Positions 1 through 13,571 of a stretch of DNA of 64,000 nucleotides are shown in pieces. The DNA is taken from the NCBI GenBank assembly GCA_963924565.1, contig OZ004612.1, positions 8,866,001 through 8,930,000 of the forward strand, in the 5' to 3' direction. Both the position numbers and the translations under genes were made by a program. The stretch's first letter is position 1. The number at the start of each line of letters is the position of its first letter. This DNA is from Ascidiella aspersa (Eukaryota). The notes beneath the pieces were generated by a model, which worked only from the letters and a program-made list of their open reading frames with translations, was not told the DNA's origin and made no database searches.

Positions 1-1685
1 GGAGGTTTCCAAACATCGTTAGCAGGCTGTCACCAGTAAGAGTTATTCATATTGTTTTGCATAACCGATGCGGCCTCTTTTTCCTTTTTAATGGTGTTTT
101 GCATTGTTCTATTGAAACAAAGGACAATTTCTGGACTGATGCCTGTGATTTCCGGTGTTTAAAAGAAAAAAATTCTAATTGTCATTATCGGTTCTTGAAC
201 AACGCTGTAGTTTTATTTACGGTTTATCTAACCAGCTGAGAATATATGTGAATACTTTTCAATCGGTAGCTTAGCGTAAAAATACACCGTAACAATTAAA
301 ACCTACATTACCTAAAGTAAAATTTTGGAATGTATAGCGATAACGTGGCATTGTGAGGCCAAATGCCGGAAACGAATGTGTAAGGGCGACTATAAGTGGG
401 TAGCACAAGTGTTCAATAGTTAAAACCGCTATACTTCTTGGCATTTTAGCTTATATTTAGCTTTTTTAAGCCTTTTTCGACTAAAACGGCCTTTTCACAG
501 CTATCTATTCGGTTGCTGTAAATATGCTAGACACCGTGTTTTCTTGCTGCCTTGCTCGTTTCAGCATTTTCACCAACGACTGTTTGTGACCTATGGTTTG
601 AGTGATTACACTTTATGCACTATTTTCAAATTTACGTGCGCTAAAATAAAATAATATTTCGTTGTTACACTACTTCATAGTATGGTGGTTGCCTTGTTTT
701 TGCATCCAGGCGTATTTGGCCATTCGACAAGTGGAAATACTTTTTAAATTGTTTACAATTGTCCACCGTTAGATTTTTTTGTCGAAAACGTTTAAGCTGA
801 ACGTTAAGGCTTGGCTGCCGGTTAACGAATATTTTGCAGATGCAATGTTTTACAAAACAAACTAATTGGTAAGACAGTAGGTTAACATCAAGTCACTGAA
901 CTTGAGTGACCTTGGTTTACTCATTAGGAAAATATTTAAATTAAATTCCAGTCAGACTTATTTTGACAAGTAAGCTGCTTCGCCATTTTTTCGGCTATCA
1001 AGGCTACCTCAAAAGCAGTTTGGCAAAGCGGCTTTTGTTGCCTACCTAATTTATCATCATTCCTTCAATTGTCGAGAACCGTCATGACCCCCAGTGGTGT
1101 AATTAATTCCCATGCTAAGAACATTGCCTTGCCGGATCGCAGTAAGTCGTTCGAACTGACAAAACACAAAAACGCACTTGGCAGAACGGTTCTTCAAGCA
1201 GAGCAATTTTGTTTTCTCGTGCTTGTTTTCATCGGTACTTTTCCTTTGAAACAGAATCAATTTGTGCCAAAGCAACAGACGCATCGGTTTCAAATCGGAT
1301 TTTGAGCCCAGCGTAAACTCGCATTTGCGCACTTGCGGTCTGGACGTACGCAAGTACAGTAAGTTCGTGTTGGTGAAGACAGATGATTGACAGACTTGCT
1401 ACAAAGCTGCACGCATTTTAGATGCACACGAATGAATCACAAATATCGGATATCTATACCAAAAGTTTTCCCTGCGTATTATAAACATGATCATTTTTCA
1501 TCTTTTCGAACTATAACAAAATTATTTGGCTCTTACCGTAACTTACCTTCTCAGATCATTGATATTTATCCCCAAAATGATGCGAATGTATGGTTTGTTT
1601 TTTCTTGGTAAACCTCTGGTTGTCTGCACGCCTATATATAGTTTAGTACCCTATTGTCTTTAAAGATTGGCGCTTAAAACCCCAT

Positions 1686-2079
1686 CAGTGTTGTAACGAC
1701 CTAAGTCAATGACTTGATTTAGTCCCTTATTTCAAATGACTGGACTTTCCGTAAATTGTTTTGGTAAGTTGACTTGGACTTAAGTCATTTAGTCAAACGA
1801 TTAGGGTTGAAATTAAGAAACTTTTTTTATTTTACATTTAGTTATAAAATGGTGCTAATAATCTAATTGTTGCACCTAAAACCGTTTTCTATTATTTTTA
1901 GTTGACTTAGTGCTCCAAATGGGACAAGTTCACCTATTTTAAGGTTTGTCGTTCTATTTTTGATAAGTGATTTGACTAGAACTTGACTTGGGTAACTGAT
2001 GGCTCAGACTTGACGTGTATTTTTCGAAAATACTTGACTGGGACATAAGTCATTTCAAAATGAATTACTTACAACACTG
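1686..2079. mobile_element. Non-autonomous hAT-like MITE
   Basis: Perfect 11-bp TIR CAGTGTTGTAA/TTACAACACTG and internal GACTT/AAGTC motif repeats. TSD not clean. A related inverted copy lies at 24269-24699. Confidence 0.8.
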
Positions 2080-5000
2080 TAAAACGCAGTAGTGTAAAAT
2101 CACTGAGGTTGAAGACACTGCTTAAAGCAGAATTAAGTCGATGAACAACTCGCTTCATATCGTTCAACTCTAGCTTGCGTAACTGTTCAGTAACAAAACA
2201 GGGGAACTACCCCGACAAACGACCAAACCGTGTCTTGAGTTAGGTGCTGCTCTGTAAATTAGCCAGGCATGATGCAACCTGCAGAACAGTTTCACCAGAC
2301 CATTAGTCAGACGCCATGTCTTCAGTGTAAATATAAACACCTCGAGGAAACGCGCTTACACCAAACCGTGATACCCTGTGATCTTTACCACAAACGAACC
2401 GGATATCCTCCGTATGTTTGCCGTGCAAAGAGTTCTTCTTCAGCGAAGCAGTAAGTATCACATGCGTTACTTACGTGGCAATAACGTATCTCAGCGTCCC
2501 ACTTCATGAACTCTGGTCATAGCGGCATCCTAACTCGTTTATTATTCAAGTTGTATTTGATTCTTTATGTCAAAATTACAAAATCGGTTAGTTCTCGTCA
2601 CACAAGCTCACAGAGTTGTCCCCTCCTGCTTTTTAACAGGTGAAATATATTTTGAAAAAGAGCCAGTCGTTGTTTAAGTTTTGTATTCAAACGCGCTTAA
2701 AAGGCTTTTCGAATGGAAATGATAGACCTAAACGAAAGTGCCTCTACCATTTCTTCAATGTTATATTGTAATGCTAATGAAAGCCGCGTTATTGTTATGG
2801 TAAATGGACGAACATGACTATCGCATTCAAAAGATCAGAAATTTGCCAGAATTTGTTTGCCAAGTGTGCGCAACAGCCTGCAAAAACCTATGTAAACTCA
2901 ACGTTAACTGACAACTGCTCACGGTTGGCAAATACTGGTGACATTTTGATGAGCAACAGCAAAGTTAAAAGAACAAAGTCCCCTATTCTTTAATAGACCG
3001 TTTGTACCTGGCCGGGATGGTAAGAGGGTCGGTTTTTTTATTTTGCAAAAAAACAGCAGTTCAAAAAGCCGAAGCCAAAACGCCCAAGCTTAGAGCAAAC
3101 ACGTCGACCCTTGAGCTATGCCGCAAGAAGACAAAACGCAAGAGAGTATTTGCCGCAAAATAGGGAATTCCCCGCCAAGTCTCCCGGTCGATTAGAGCGA
3201 CGGAATTCCAGGGTCGTTGGGGTATACTGCTACCAGCCTTCGGGTGCAAAGTGCTCATAAGGCTGTGAAGTTGTTTTGCACTTACCGCTCTTATTTGCCC
3301 GGCTCGCCAATCGCACGGCACGCGACACTGAAACGGACGAAAAAATCGCACGTTCGCAGTGGAAACCCAACACCGCGCTATAAGCTCTTCTAATTGTGGA
3401 CCTGAAATCGCACGCCAGTTCTCCTGTTAGGAAACCAGCTTCAGCGATACAGAAGCGCTTGGACGTGCAGTGGTTTGAGTGCCGGCCGCAAGTTCGCCTA
3501 CTGAACACGCCTACAGTAGCCCAGCACCGGAACGAGCCCTTATACTGTTTGTGTAACGCGAAACCAAGAGGCGCCGCGCACTTTGCAAAACAATCCTGGT
3601 AAGGGTACAAAACAGGTATGGGTACATTATCATCGGAATGTAAGAGAAGCGATAAAATTATTGGAATACATTTCGAAAAGTGATTGGGACATTAATTGCA
3701 GTACGGCAAATACCTCGGTTACCTTTTGTTTGTGCCAATACTTTGGCGACGATCAGGTTTAGGTCTTGGCTTGGTTTTAATAGTCACTTGCGCCGTAGCA
3801 AGTAAGTAACCATTAAGCTCGAACACTGTAAATGGTAAAGGTCCAATGGCACTTGGTGGAATATTTTCAACCCACGTTTTGAGGGTGGACTCTTATTAGC
3901 GGATTGCTGTTTTTCACTTAAATTATATAACCCTTATACATGTCACTATATTATTATCCATACACCGTCACGATTGTTTTTCACTGTATGTTTAATTATA
4001 AGTTTGGTAATATTTCTATTTGAATGAGAAAATCTGTTGATGCCATTTATTTATATGGCGAAATGCGTATATATTTAAAGATTTATACCTTGCTGACGGA
4101 TTAATTATTCTTCGAAGCGGTGCGCTTCTCAAGCTATTAAGTTTAGTAATAGGATTTTTGTTGTCGGACTCAGAATTCGGACTAAACAGAATTATCTATA
4201 GTTGTCCAAATCTGCATGTCTGGCGTTTGGATTGTGCACACGGCCCGGTGCAAAACGCAGAACCCTGAACGCGTTGTCCCGGATTCACAGATAAGGTCGA
4301 CGGCTTCCCGTAAAGGTGCCGACCTTATTGGCCACCTGCTACTACTGGGCGTCCCGATTTCGCTGACGCGGGGAAACGATCACTACTGTCGTGAGCAGCC
4401 GCTTCCCCGCCAAGGTCGCGGCGCGTTTCCACGAAAAACATACGCCTGATCTTGCTGTTTTCGAATCGGGGATGTTTCAAAGGCAAGTTTAATAGTCTTT
4501 CCCGGCATCCAAGTCAGGAAGCGACCGGCTGCAAAAGCGGGTTGGTACCGAACTGCTTATACCGAACTAATGGTTTACCGCTGGTCTAATCAAGGCTTTG
4601 CGCTGGTGCACATGTTGTAGTTTATGCTACACATAACCTCTTTTATATGCACATAAATCTTGAAAGTTTAGCTAAGGCTCCTTCCAATTTCCAACTTTAT
4701 AATTTTACGTGAAATACAACGATTTGCTGAAGTCAATTTAATTTAGGCAGATCCAAACGCAAACCAAGGGTGCTTTCTATCGACATGTGCTCGCTAAGGT
4801 TTTTGTTTGACACGCATGTTAGCATTAAAAACTCAATTCAATTAGATATCCCTTAATGCCCAAGTAATGTTTTTCGCAATTGATCAGTTGGTCGCAACAT
4901 GCATTTAAAGTTTGGTCCGCATCTGTTCGTCATCTGCAGCCTGGCCGGAAAGCGTCTTCTAGAAGCTGCCCGAGCAACAGGAAAGGCATTGCCTACAGCC

Positions 5001-8000
5001 CTATGGCCTACACCCTCATTGACAGCATACGGCCGTGGCACACCAATCGGGTAGCGTGCGCTATTATATAATCCTAATATCAATACTGATACCAATCGCT
5101 AATTTCAATACTGATACTATAAGTTTCTTATTCCGACTGCGGACCACTTTGTCGCTATACACCAAAGACGGAGAAATGGAACTAAATGGAGATGACAACC
5201 TTTTTGCAAACGGTTTGAAAGTGCATTACGCTTTATATGAGTTGTTAAAATTTAGGTTTCATGCTAATTTAAAAAAATGGTAGTTTTGTCGCCAATGCGA
5301 GCATTCGTAAAACCTGAAAAAGAACCTATAGTGACTGATTTTGACTGAGACAAGAAAGTCTATACTGTTTTTGCTACCATTCGAAGTCATTGTCGTCATT
5401 AACGAGCAATAGGGCGAGGAGATATCTTCTTTTTTTACATATTCACTTTGCATTCGTAAAACCTAATGTGATTTTTACTACCAAATAAGACACGCATTTT
5501 CAGACGATCGCGGCTTTGTTAGAGCAGCGGTCCCTTTAAGGTGAAAAGGAAATACGAAAATGATTTTTTTTGGTTGTTCACGGCGGTCTGTGCTGGTTTA
5601 TACGAGATTGTACCGCGTCAAAGTGCAAAATAAAAATCCCAAGTGCGTAAGCAATTTCCTCGTTAACTATATACAACATTCTCCTAGACCGAAAACCGCC
5701 TTGTTTCGGGTAAACCAAAAATTCCGACCTAAACACGAATTGGCCTGCAGCGTTTGACGCGAGCGGCCGTGGCCTTAGCGCTTCCCGGACCGCGCAGCTG
5801 TACAAAAAAAAAGGTAGACTAACTCCCCCGCTTTCGCGCCGCAAATTTGCTGCGTCAAATGCACACAAAGCGAAAACAATTCGAGATACGGCGCCGCACC
5901 TTGCGTAGGTCATTTGCAAATCGTGACGCCTTTTGGTGTTCTAAGACGGTGTATTTTACCTGTTTTGAGTCACGGAACACGTATACGCATTGAAATAATT
6001 TTGGACCGAAACGGTCCCCCAAATTTCTTCAGCGGTTTCCCAAATTTTGGACTTGCAACTTTTTGGTATTTAAATGAAACACTTGCGGTCTCTTAAAACT
6101 ATACTTAGCGGTCACCCAAACCAAATCTTAAAAAAAACTGTCTGGGCGTGTTTTTGAGCACAAGGTTGGTATTTGGGCTGTATTGCACTTGGGCAGTAAC
6201 AGGCCTGCGCAATTACAATGGTATTATTAAACTTCTTTTGTCTTGCTATTGCACAAAAAATATTGAGAAATTCCGATGGATCATTTAAACTGGTGATGGA
6301 TTTTCATAAAAAAACAATTCGATCCACGGCGCCGAACCTCGCGTCGGTAATTGGCGAAACGTGACGTTGGCTTTCGAGGCTTCAAGGACTCGGCCAGTTT
6401 CTTTTTCATGCAAGCTATATGCTGCGTAAACCCAAAATGCGGGGAAGTCCCGAACCGTGTATAGCTGCGCACCGTACGGAACACGAACGTGGGGGCGGTT
6501 CAATTGAACTGCGCGCGAAGCCGCTGGGCATGTTCGAAGAAACTTGTCGGGACATTGTTTTCGAAAAGAATGAAAATCCGCGCTGAGAGCCGATTGTTGT
6601 TCTCCGGACTTTACCTGAACCCAGCAGCTGCCAGCAACCTCCTGCATTGCGCTTTTATTAAACTTGCTTTTTTTGGTTTCGTCCGCATCTGACCTGACTG
6701 GGTGCAAACGTTTGCCGTACAATAATCGAGAAACCGGGACTCGCGTTTGTGACGTCACAATCTTGCCATTGTCTTGTTTGACACGTCGCGGTGTCTCGTG
6801 TGTTGCGTTTGAGACGTGAAATAATAAGCATATTGAAGGGATACACGCATATATGGCCCATCTACTGAAAACGCTCCGTTTAAAGGCCTGGGTTGCTGCG
6901 TTAAAGGCGGGTTAACTGCGTTCAGGTGTGGATTGAGGTTAGCAGAGTTCAAATTTGCCTATACACTCAGATGACCCGACAACATTATGATTTTAAAGCC
7001 ATTAAAAGCGGCATATTTACCAATGAGACATCTTTAACGGAGATTAGCGTTTTTTAAACAATATTTTTTTCGGGAGCATTTTCATAGTATAAAGACGAAC
7101 GACTTATGCAATATTGCTTCGGCACCCACAACCTCATCCCCAGGATAGGACTTGGTTTCCGTAACAGACGAATGTAACGAACTTATAGAAAAATTTACAG
7201 AATTTTGTGAATTTTACTTTTACCTCTGTTTAAATTCCTCTTTTTAATGTTCAACTAGCAAAAGTAAAACATGCGTTTGCAAAAAAACGGTCCTGCAGTA
7301 GATCACAATGGGAGTCCACCAATTTGAATTTGCTAGTTGAGATCTCTTAATACTTATAAATAGATAGGGTAAGCTGTTACGTGGGTTATCAGCCAGTGTG
7401 TATTTACCACCAACGTTATATTGGCATTTCTTGGCGATTATTTTTAATAATGTTGTCCGACTTTGTTTTAAACAGTGCAAAACGTAACATCCATTTTCCA
7501 ATTATCTATTGGTTTATATTCTTAAAGTAAATCAAACGGTTGTTGTATTGTTTTTCATTCGGTCTTTGGTTACAGATGTTAACCTACGTTTTAACATAAG
7601 GCAATTAAAATCCATCAAGGTCAGTGGTAGCGACACTTAAAAGATAAAGAACAACTGTTTCAATAGTTTTCGACCGTCTAAAATTTAAGAAAAACCTGCA
7701 AAGCATTTGGATCACGTTTGTCGGAGTCAGTGATTCCATGTTTCACAACAGGCCCTGCCGATTTTGGAAATGGAATCGCGACCAAGAACCCGACTGCTCA
7801 CTCAGACTTACCTGGTATGTGTGTCGTGTATGCTGCGCCGTGCGTCAATCGAGACCCTAATCGCGACCCCAAGGCATTCGGGTAAACACTCCTACTCGAA
7901 TCGCGACGCCAGAATAAACAGATCACACCACGGCTGAACAAGTTACATAACTCCTAACGACCTCGTTTGTATCAATTTCACAAGGCGAAGATCAGGTATC

Positions 8001-10046
8001 AGGGCGTACGATTGGTCCAATTATAATGGTTGCTGGGTCTATTAACTCAAGGTGTCTGATATACACAAGGACAAATTGATATTCTTGGCCGTTAAGTATA
8101 TGTGAATCGGGGATTTGACATTAAAAAATAAGCCTGGTTACGTGAGCGTTTTTAAAAGATTCGGGGTATTTCTTTAATTTCGGTACTTTAATGTATTTTT
8201 ACTATAGGGGTAATTGGTTGTTTAAAAGCAGTTGGTTGTTTTTACTACCGGTATTTGAGTTTTTATTGTTTTTTCACCGCTTTTGGCTGTTTAACGTAAA
8301 GTTTCGCTTTTAATGTTCGCATTTGGCAATTATACTTATGAAAACCTGGGACTCTTACAATTTTTTCCCTTCCTCATACTGTGGAAAAAAAGGCTGGGCG
8401 GAAAAATGAGACTTATAGTGCTTTGAAGGAGTCCAGTCAACAAGCCAGAGATACTGCAATAGTGGGCGTATATTTTGGTCTTAAATTTCACGCAACGTTG
8501 GAAGCCATTTTTTTTTTTTTAAGGGCATAAGAGTAAATCGTTCTTGGAAGTGGGATGATCCCACTTTCGTGCAGGGAGCGGTAAAACGTATATGGCAACT
8601 CAAAACGTGATATATTTGATATGGCAACTAGAAAGTGTGATTTCGCAGCAACTGGTTGTGCCGCGTCTGGCTTATCACGCGGCAACATTTAACTGTAGTT
8701 GAACTCGAGTTTTGGAATTATTAGGGAGCGCAATGATTGGGCAATTAATAGTATTTTCCGAGTACTGGCCGACAACCCGGTATATGCAATTATATGCATG
8801 CACGCGAAGGTTAAACGCGAACTCGTCTAACACAAAGAAAATTCCAATTAAAATTCGTTCGTCGAAATCTCCGCGCAGCAATAATGCCACTGCTCCTCTG
8901 CTGCAGTCATTTGCGGCGCAATTAGGCGCCCGGCCAGAATCTCCCAGCTTGATATGCCTTTGATTGCCTTTGCCGTAACGTTTTCTCGTTCCCTTCAAGT
9001 ACACGCCGAAAATTGCAGTTTAATGAGCGGCGCTCACCCATTGCAAGACTCGTTTCGCGAGCTTCCGCCTTTGTTATTCCAAGCGCTGTAATTCACCCCA
9101 TTGAAAACGCATCGGTTCGCGGTCCGGGCTGTGTTCGCATCAAGCGAGAGGCAATCATGGGCTCCGGTAACGACCAATACACGGTCCCGTGCGCGCGCGA
9201 ACCTTGATTGCAAACGCGAATTTGAGTTCTCGTTAGGCATCGGCGGCGGGTCGTTTTCGTGGGTCGAAATCGTGAAAAGATTGCGTAGAGTGGTTCGACG
9301 CTTTGCGAGAAGCCAAAACACGACTGGGAGCAAATTTGATTACAGAGTGTACCTTAAGTATCTAGCGCGGGTGTACGCATATATGAGAAAACGACTTTAA
9401 ATGTTGTTTTTGAATTTGGCTATTAGGCAACCATCAGTGGGCGACGTTTTGAAGGAAATGGTTACTTGTGAAAAAATCGAAGTCTCAGCATATTGCTCTC
9501 TCAGTTAGATTTTAATTGGTTCCAAGGTTGTATTCTCAACTTTGTGCAATTTTTTTTGTCCGGGATATTTATTATTATTATACTTTAGTTATGGCTTATC
9601 CTTTGAAAAAACGGGGTCGTTTTATAGGTAGAAACATTTAAAAAAATAAATTTCTCAACAGATGCAAAACTCTGGCCTTTGTATTTGTCAAAGCGTGTAC
9701 TACATAAACTATCGCTTATAAAAATAACTATATGATTCACACAACAATGCCTACTTTACAAGGAGGTGCTTTTTGACTTTTTGTTGCCGGCGTACTGGCG
9801 AAGACAGTTGTTTTCAAAGCTCTAAACGCCGGTCATTTTAACGCGGGCCGTTGGTGCCAGTCACAGCATTCACTCGCAAGTGAGCTCAGCAAGCCCCTGT
9901 CAGCAACTCTATTGATCGGACATGCCGTTTCCGCTTTTGCTACTTGGGAGAATCTCCCGACTTTCGTGCCTTACGACTGGGCAATTGGATATGCTAAGCC
10001 ACCCATGCGTATAGCCGCGAGTGATGCTTTCATCTTCAGACAGCTA

Positions 10047-10121
10047 TAGGCTGTTGATGAGTGTGGCCCTCTTCTGTTTAAGTGTATTCAGAAGAGTGGG
10101 CACACCTTACGATGCGGCCTA
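10047..10121 (+). ncRNA. Pre-miRNA-like long hairpin (candidate)
   Basis: About 30 pairs over 75 nt, including CTCTTCTG/CAGAAGAG and GTGTG/CACAC, with a 12-nt loop and G-U pairs on +. Not recognised as a known miRNA. Confidence 0.35.
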
Positions 10122-11699
10122 ATCTGTTCCGTTTGGCTAAGTGAACTCTCAAAAGCTGATGCCAAGGAACATGACCGCTTTGAAATTAAAAGTATTAATA
10201 CCATTCAAGTTTAAGGGTGTCCCAAAATCTAGTATCTAATAAGAATTTGTCATGTAAGAGCTGTGTATTATCACACCGAGAAATGTCTGAGAACACCAAG
10301 TTTTTCGGGTTATTGTTTCATTAAACACAAATGAAGAAACCGAGCAAATACTAAACGAATAAACGATTATCATTATAGTCTCTCATCCATTTTCTTTAGT
10401 CAAAAATGCGCAAAATTTCGTCGAAATTCCTTCTGTCTGGCTGGGAGCTCGACCGCCTATTAGCGAATAGCGGTGCTGCAAAAACAGTTCGCGAAAACTT
10501 ATATTGATGTTAGGCGAATTCGTTCCTTGTACCAAACCCACAGTTTCCAGAACATCCTCGATGAATACCGATAAAACGCTGCTGTTTGCATACACGTCTA
10601 GAGTTCAATGCTGAGAAAAAGAGAGTGCCGTTTTCCCTTTTATTCTGATTATTGCACGGTTTTTCTGAAAATGTATTTTATCTGGCAAATGGCATGATCC
10701 AAATTAAACTTGTACAATTGGTTGTTAGCATTTGTGCCGCTATGGTGGTCGGGCTTTACTACAATTTAGTTAACACGACGTTGTTTTGTAAGTTTTAAGA
10801 TGTCCCTTGATTTGACAATTGAAACTTAAATGAATTAACAATAACTTTAATTTATATTGTTAGTAAAATAGTGTTTCTTTCACCTAATATACCAATTATA
10901 GTATAGTATATAGTATAACGTTCATGTAAGTTATCAAAGACTGTACAAAGCACACTTGATAAAATGACTGATCATTTATTATCGAATAGACAAAAGCTGT
11001 TAAAATTCCTCCCGATAATAGTTTCCATAATCAGCAGCCGCAAATTCACACAAGGGCCTGCACTTTTTATACAATCGGTTGATATCGCGTAAAAATAGCT
11101 CCCATCATCGGTACTTTTTTGCAGATAGCCCCTACATCGATAGCGGAAGCTAGTGTATGTGATGTAATGATCCTTTGATAACCCTTTTTCAGCACTATTG
11201 TTACAAAACAGGCGTGATTGATACTAAACAAAACCCATTTAGGCAAGGGATTATACGCCTGTTTTATTATTCAAAAACAGTCGTTAAGATTTTCTTGTCT
11301 ACCTACAGCCGAACATATAAGTTACATGCGATATTTGGCGCTATTAGTCTAATGGTATATTAGTCCAATATTAATGCTCGTTGTTCGTGTGCTTAGTAAT
11401 CCCTTGCTATTATGGTAAAAGTAAGGTTTAATTTTGCCTTGCTGTGTTCAGTTTATAATGATTGTAGAAAAAACAGGGTTGAACAAAGTGTAACATGAAA
11501 ACAAACTTTCGGCCAACATAAGTATGCTTTAAAACAGATTTAGTGTTAAATTTCCACTTACATTTACAATTAAAAAGTACAATTAAAAGAAAACCAAAAA
11601 ACGAGTTGCACTGGCGCGGCCTAAAACCAGTTTGTCACGGTTCAAGGCCAAAAAGCGGCGCGCAGCTTCAGCGAACTCACCAGGAAACGTGAACCGCGC

Positions 11700-11836
11700 A
11701 AAATTGCCACAAGGTCGTTCACGTTTTGCCGCGCCTCGCCTCTAATTGAGCGCCTTGATGAGCGCTTGCCTGGTGAGAAGGCAGGACGACAATGACCGCG
11801 CTGGTCCCTCATTTGTGGCCCTACTGACGCACGCTG
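11700..11836 (+). repeat. Duplicated ~137-bp element, copy 1 (compound hairpin), ~1.58 kb upstream of the unit A TATA
   Basis: Near-identical to 30877-31013; the flanks are not alignable. Confidence 0.9.
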
Positions 11837-13063
11837 TGAAACGACCTAAGCAATCTGAGGCGCCCGATGGTTGGGTCCTGCAATTAGGCTTGCCTTTACG
11901 GTGATTTTTGCCGACTTGGGGTCGTCGTGGTGGTAAACTGGAAATGGTTGCCCTGCAAAGGGATATACAGTGGCCCAACTGTTTTTAAGTTGGAATGTAG
12001 GCTAAGGCTGAGAAAAGCCAAGGTTTTATAAATTTTCAACCGGGTAACAAAAGCATGTAAAAAAAACTCCTAAAATGTGCGTTTTATCTATATCAAATGG
12101 GGAGACAAAATGACTGAAACGAGATTGTAAAAAAGGAGTTTGGTAACATTGTGGCCATGTAATACTTTTCTTTGGTTGAGTGAGAAAAACGCCAAAGCAG
12201 AGCGGCATGAGAAAAAAGTCGCATATGTAAAAGGCTTTCCCATTGGCTCCCGTATAGCAAACCGGGCCACTTAATTAGCAGTAGTTACTGTAATTGAAGC
12301 CTCGCCTAAGTGGATTCCCGGCGCCGGGCACACTTCCCCATTTCGCCGTTTGATGTCGCTTGCTTTGTAAACGCGGTCGCCCGGAAGTTTAACAGAAGCC
12401 TGCTTCCGAATATGAATTCTAACATCAAGCGGGCCGCGTCACTGACAGGCAAAACAGACAGGATACACCGGGTTTGCACACCACGACACAGTTTCCTTAC
12501 GAAAGGCTACAACTGGCGGAAAGAGGGGTTTCAGCTTATGACCTTTTTCTATTAAGTCCATATTCTTTAGGAGCGGAAGTCTGCTTTTATAGGACAATAT
12601 CCTCTGCTCAATGCTATATACTTCACCAAAAAGATTGATAGCACAGGCCCTTTCAGTTTCGAAACTTATACATACGCCAATTGTCGGCAACTTAGCAAGC
12701 CATCTTACCCAAATAAGCCGAAGTGTGAGTTTCAATTGGAAAAATCCTAATCTCGTGGGTGACACCGGGAACCTTTAATAGACTAAACGATCGCAGTTGT
12801 TGAACACTTATGTGTGTGTTTTATCTCACCGGGTAAGTTAACACTTCCAGTAAATTCAAAAGCAACTAAACTTGCTATTGTGTTAGTTTAGCATCCCACG
12901 CGCAACCGCAGTCGGTGTTTCGGTAGAAAACCAGCTTGGAAAACGCTTTATTGTTACCAGTGCTTTCCAGTGTCATATTGGTCAGATTTAGCTAAAACTG
13001 CGCGAGTGAATACTTACGAGTGGGCGTCCTCGCAACAGAACTTCGTTTCCGGCCAATGAAAGT

Positions 13064-13106
13064 TTTCCAACAAGCATAATAGAACTTTCCAACAAGCATA
13101 ATAGAA
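13064..13106. repeat. 22-bp direct duplication
   Basis: tttccaacaagcataatagaa x2. Confidence 0.85.
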
Positions 13107-13281
13107 ACTGCAACCCGGCTAGAAACCGTTGAAACCGATTCCAGCAGACTTGGGAGTTCACCAAAGGCCCGACCACCCTACACATGCCAAAGCGCTAGTT
13201 CAGTCTGCTTTCGAGACGTGAAATCCCCGCCAGGCGTTCGGTCTGTTTTTCGCGTGCTGTTACTGGTTGCCAGGCTGGTCG

Positions 13282-13316
13282 TATAAAAGCGCGCGCAGCG
13301 ACAGACTTCCTCATAA
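13282..13316 (+). promoter_or_regulatory. TATA box + initiator, unit A
   Basis: TATAAAAG at 13282 and TCATAA with A at 13313 (31 nt downstream). The same geometry recurs in the paralogs. Confidence 0.7.
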
Positions 13317-13384
13317 CTGCTCTGCCGCCGCTACGCGTATGGTTGTCAGCCTTACTGCTGCTGTTTTACCGAAAGCAAGTCAAC

Positions 13385-13465
13385 ATGGAAGTACATTCAA
13401 CTCTAAAGCATATTGCAAAAGGCAAGAGAGATGTGACTCTCCACAAGCAAGTGAAATACAAGTGA
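13385..13465 (+). CDS. Putative micropeptide/uORF MEVHSTLKHIAKGKRDVTLHKQVKYK* (26 aa)
   Basis: Kozak AACATGG; ends AAA TAC AAG TGA as in the paralogs. A weaker-context upstream ATG exists at 13339 in another frame. Confidence 0.45.
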   Translation: MEVHSTLKHIAKGKRDVTLHKQVKYK

Positions 13466-13571
13466 CCAGATCGCCTTTTTGTGTGGATTACTTTCCATTA
13501 TGAGATGATTCAATGTGACTGGAATTGAGTTACGAGGTCGACATTGACAAGGAGACTGTATTCAACTTCAG

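Noticed and set aside
1-12000. A sixth (minus-strand) family copy predicted by the alternating pattern
   Set aside because: No match to the core or the KYK motif found by eye; it may lie outside the window.
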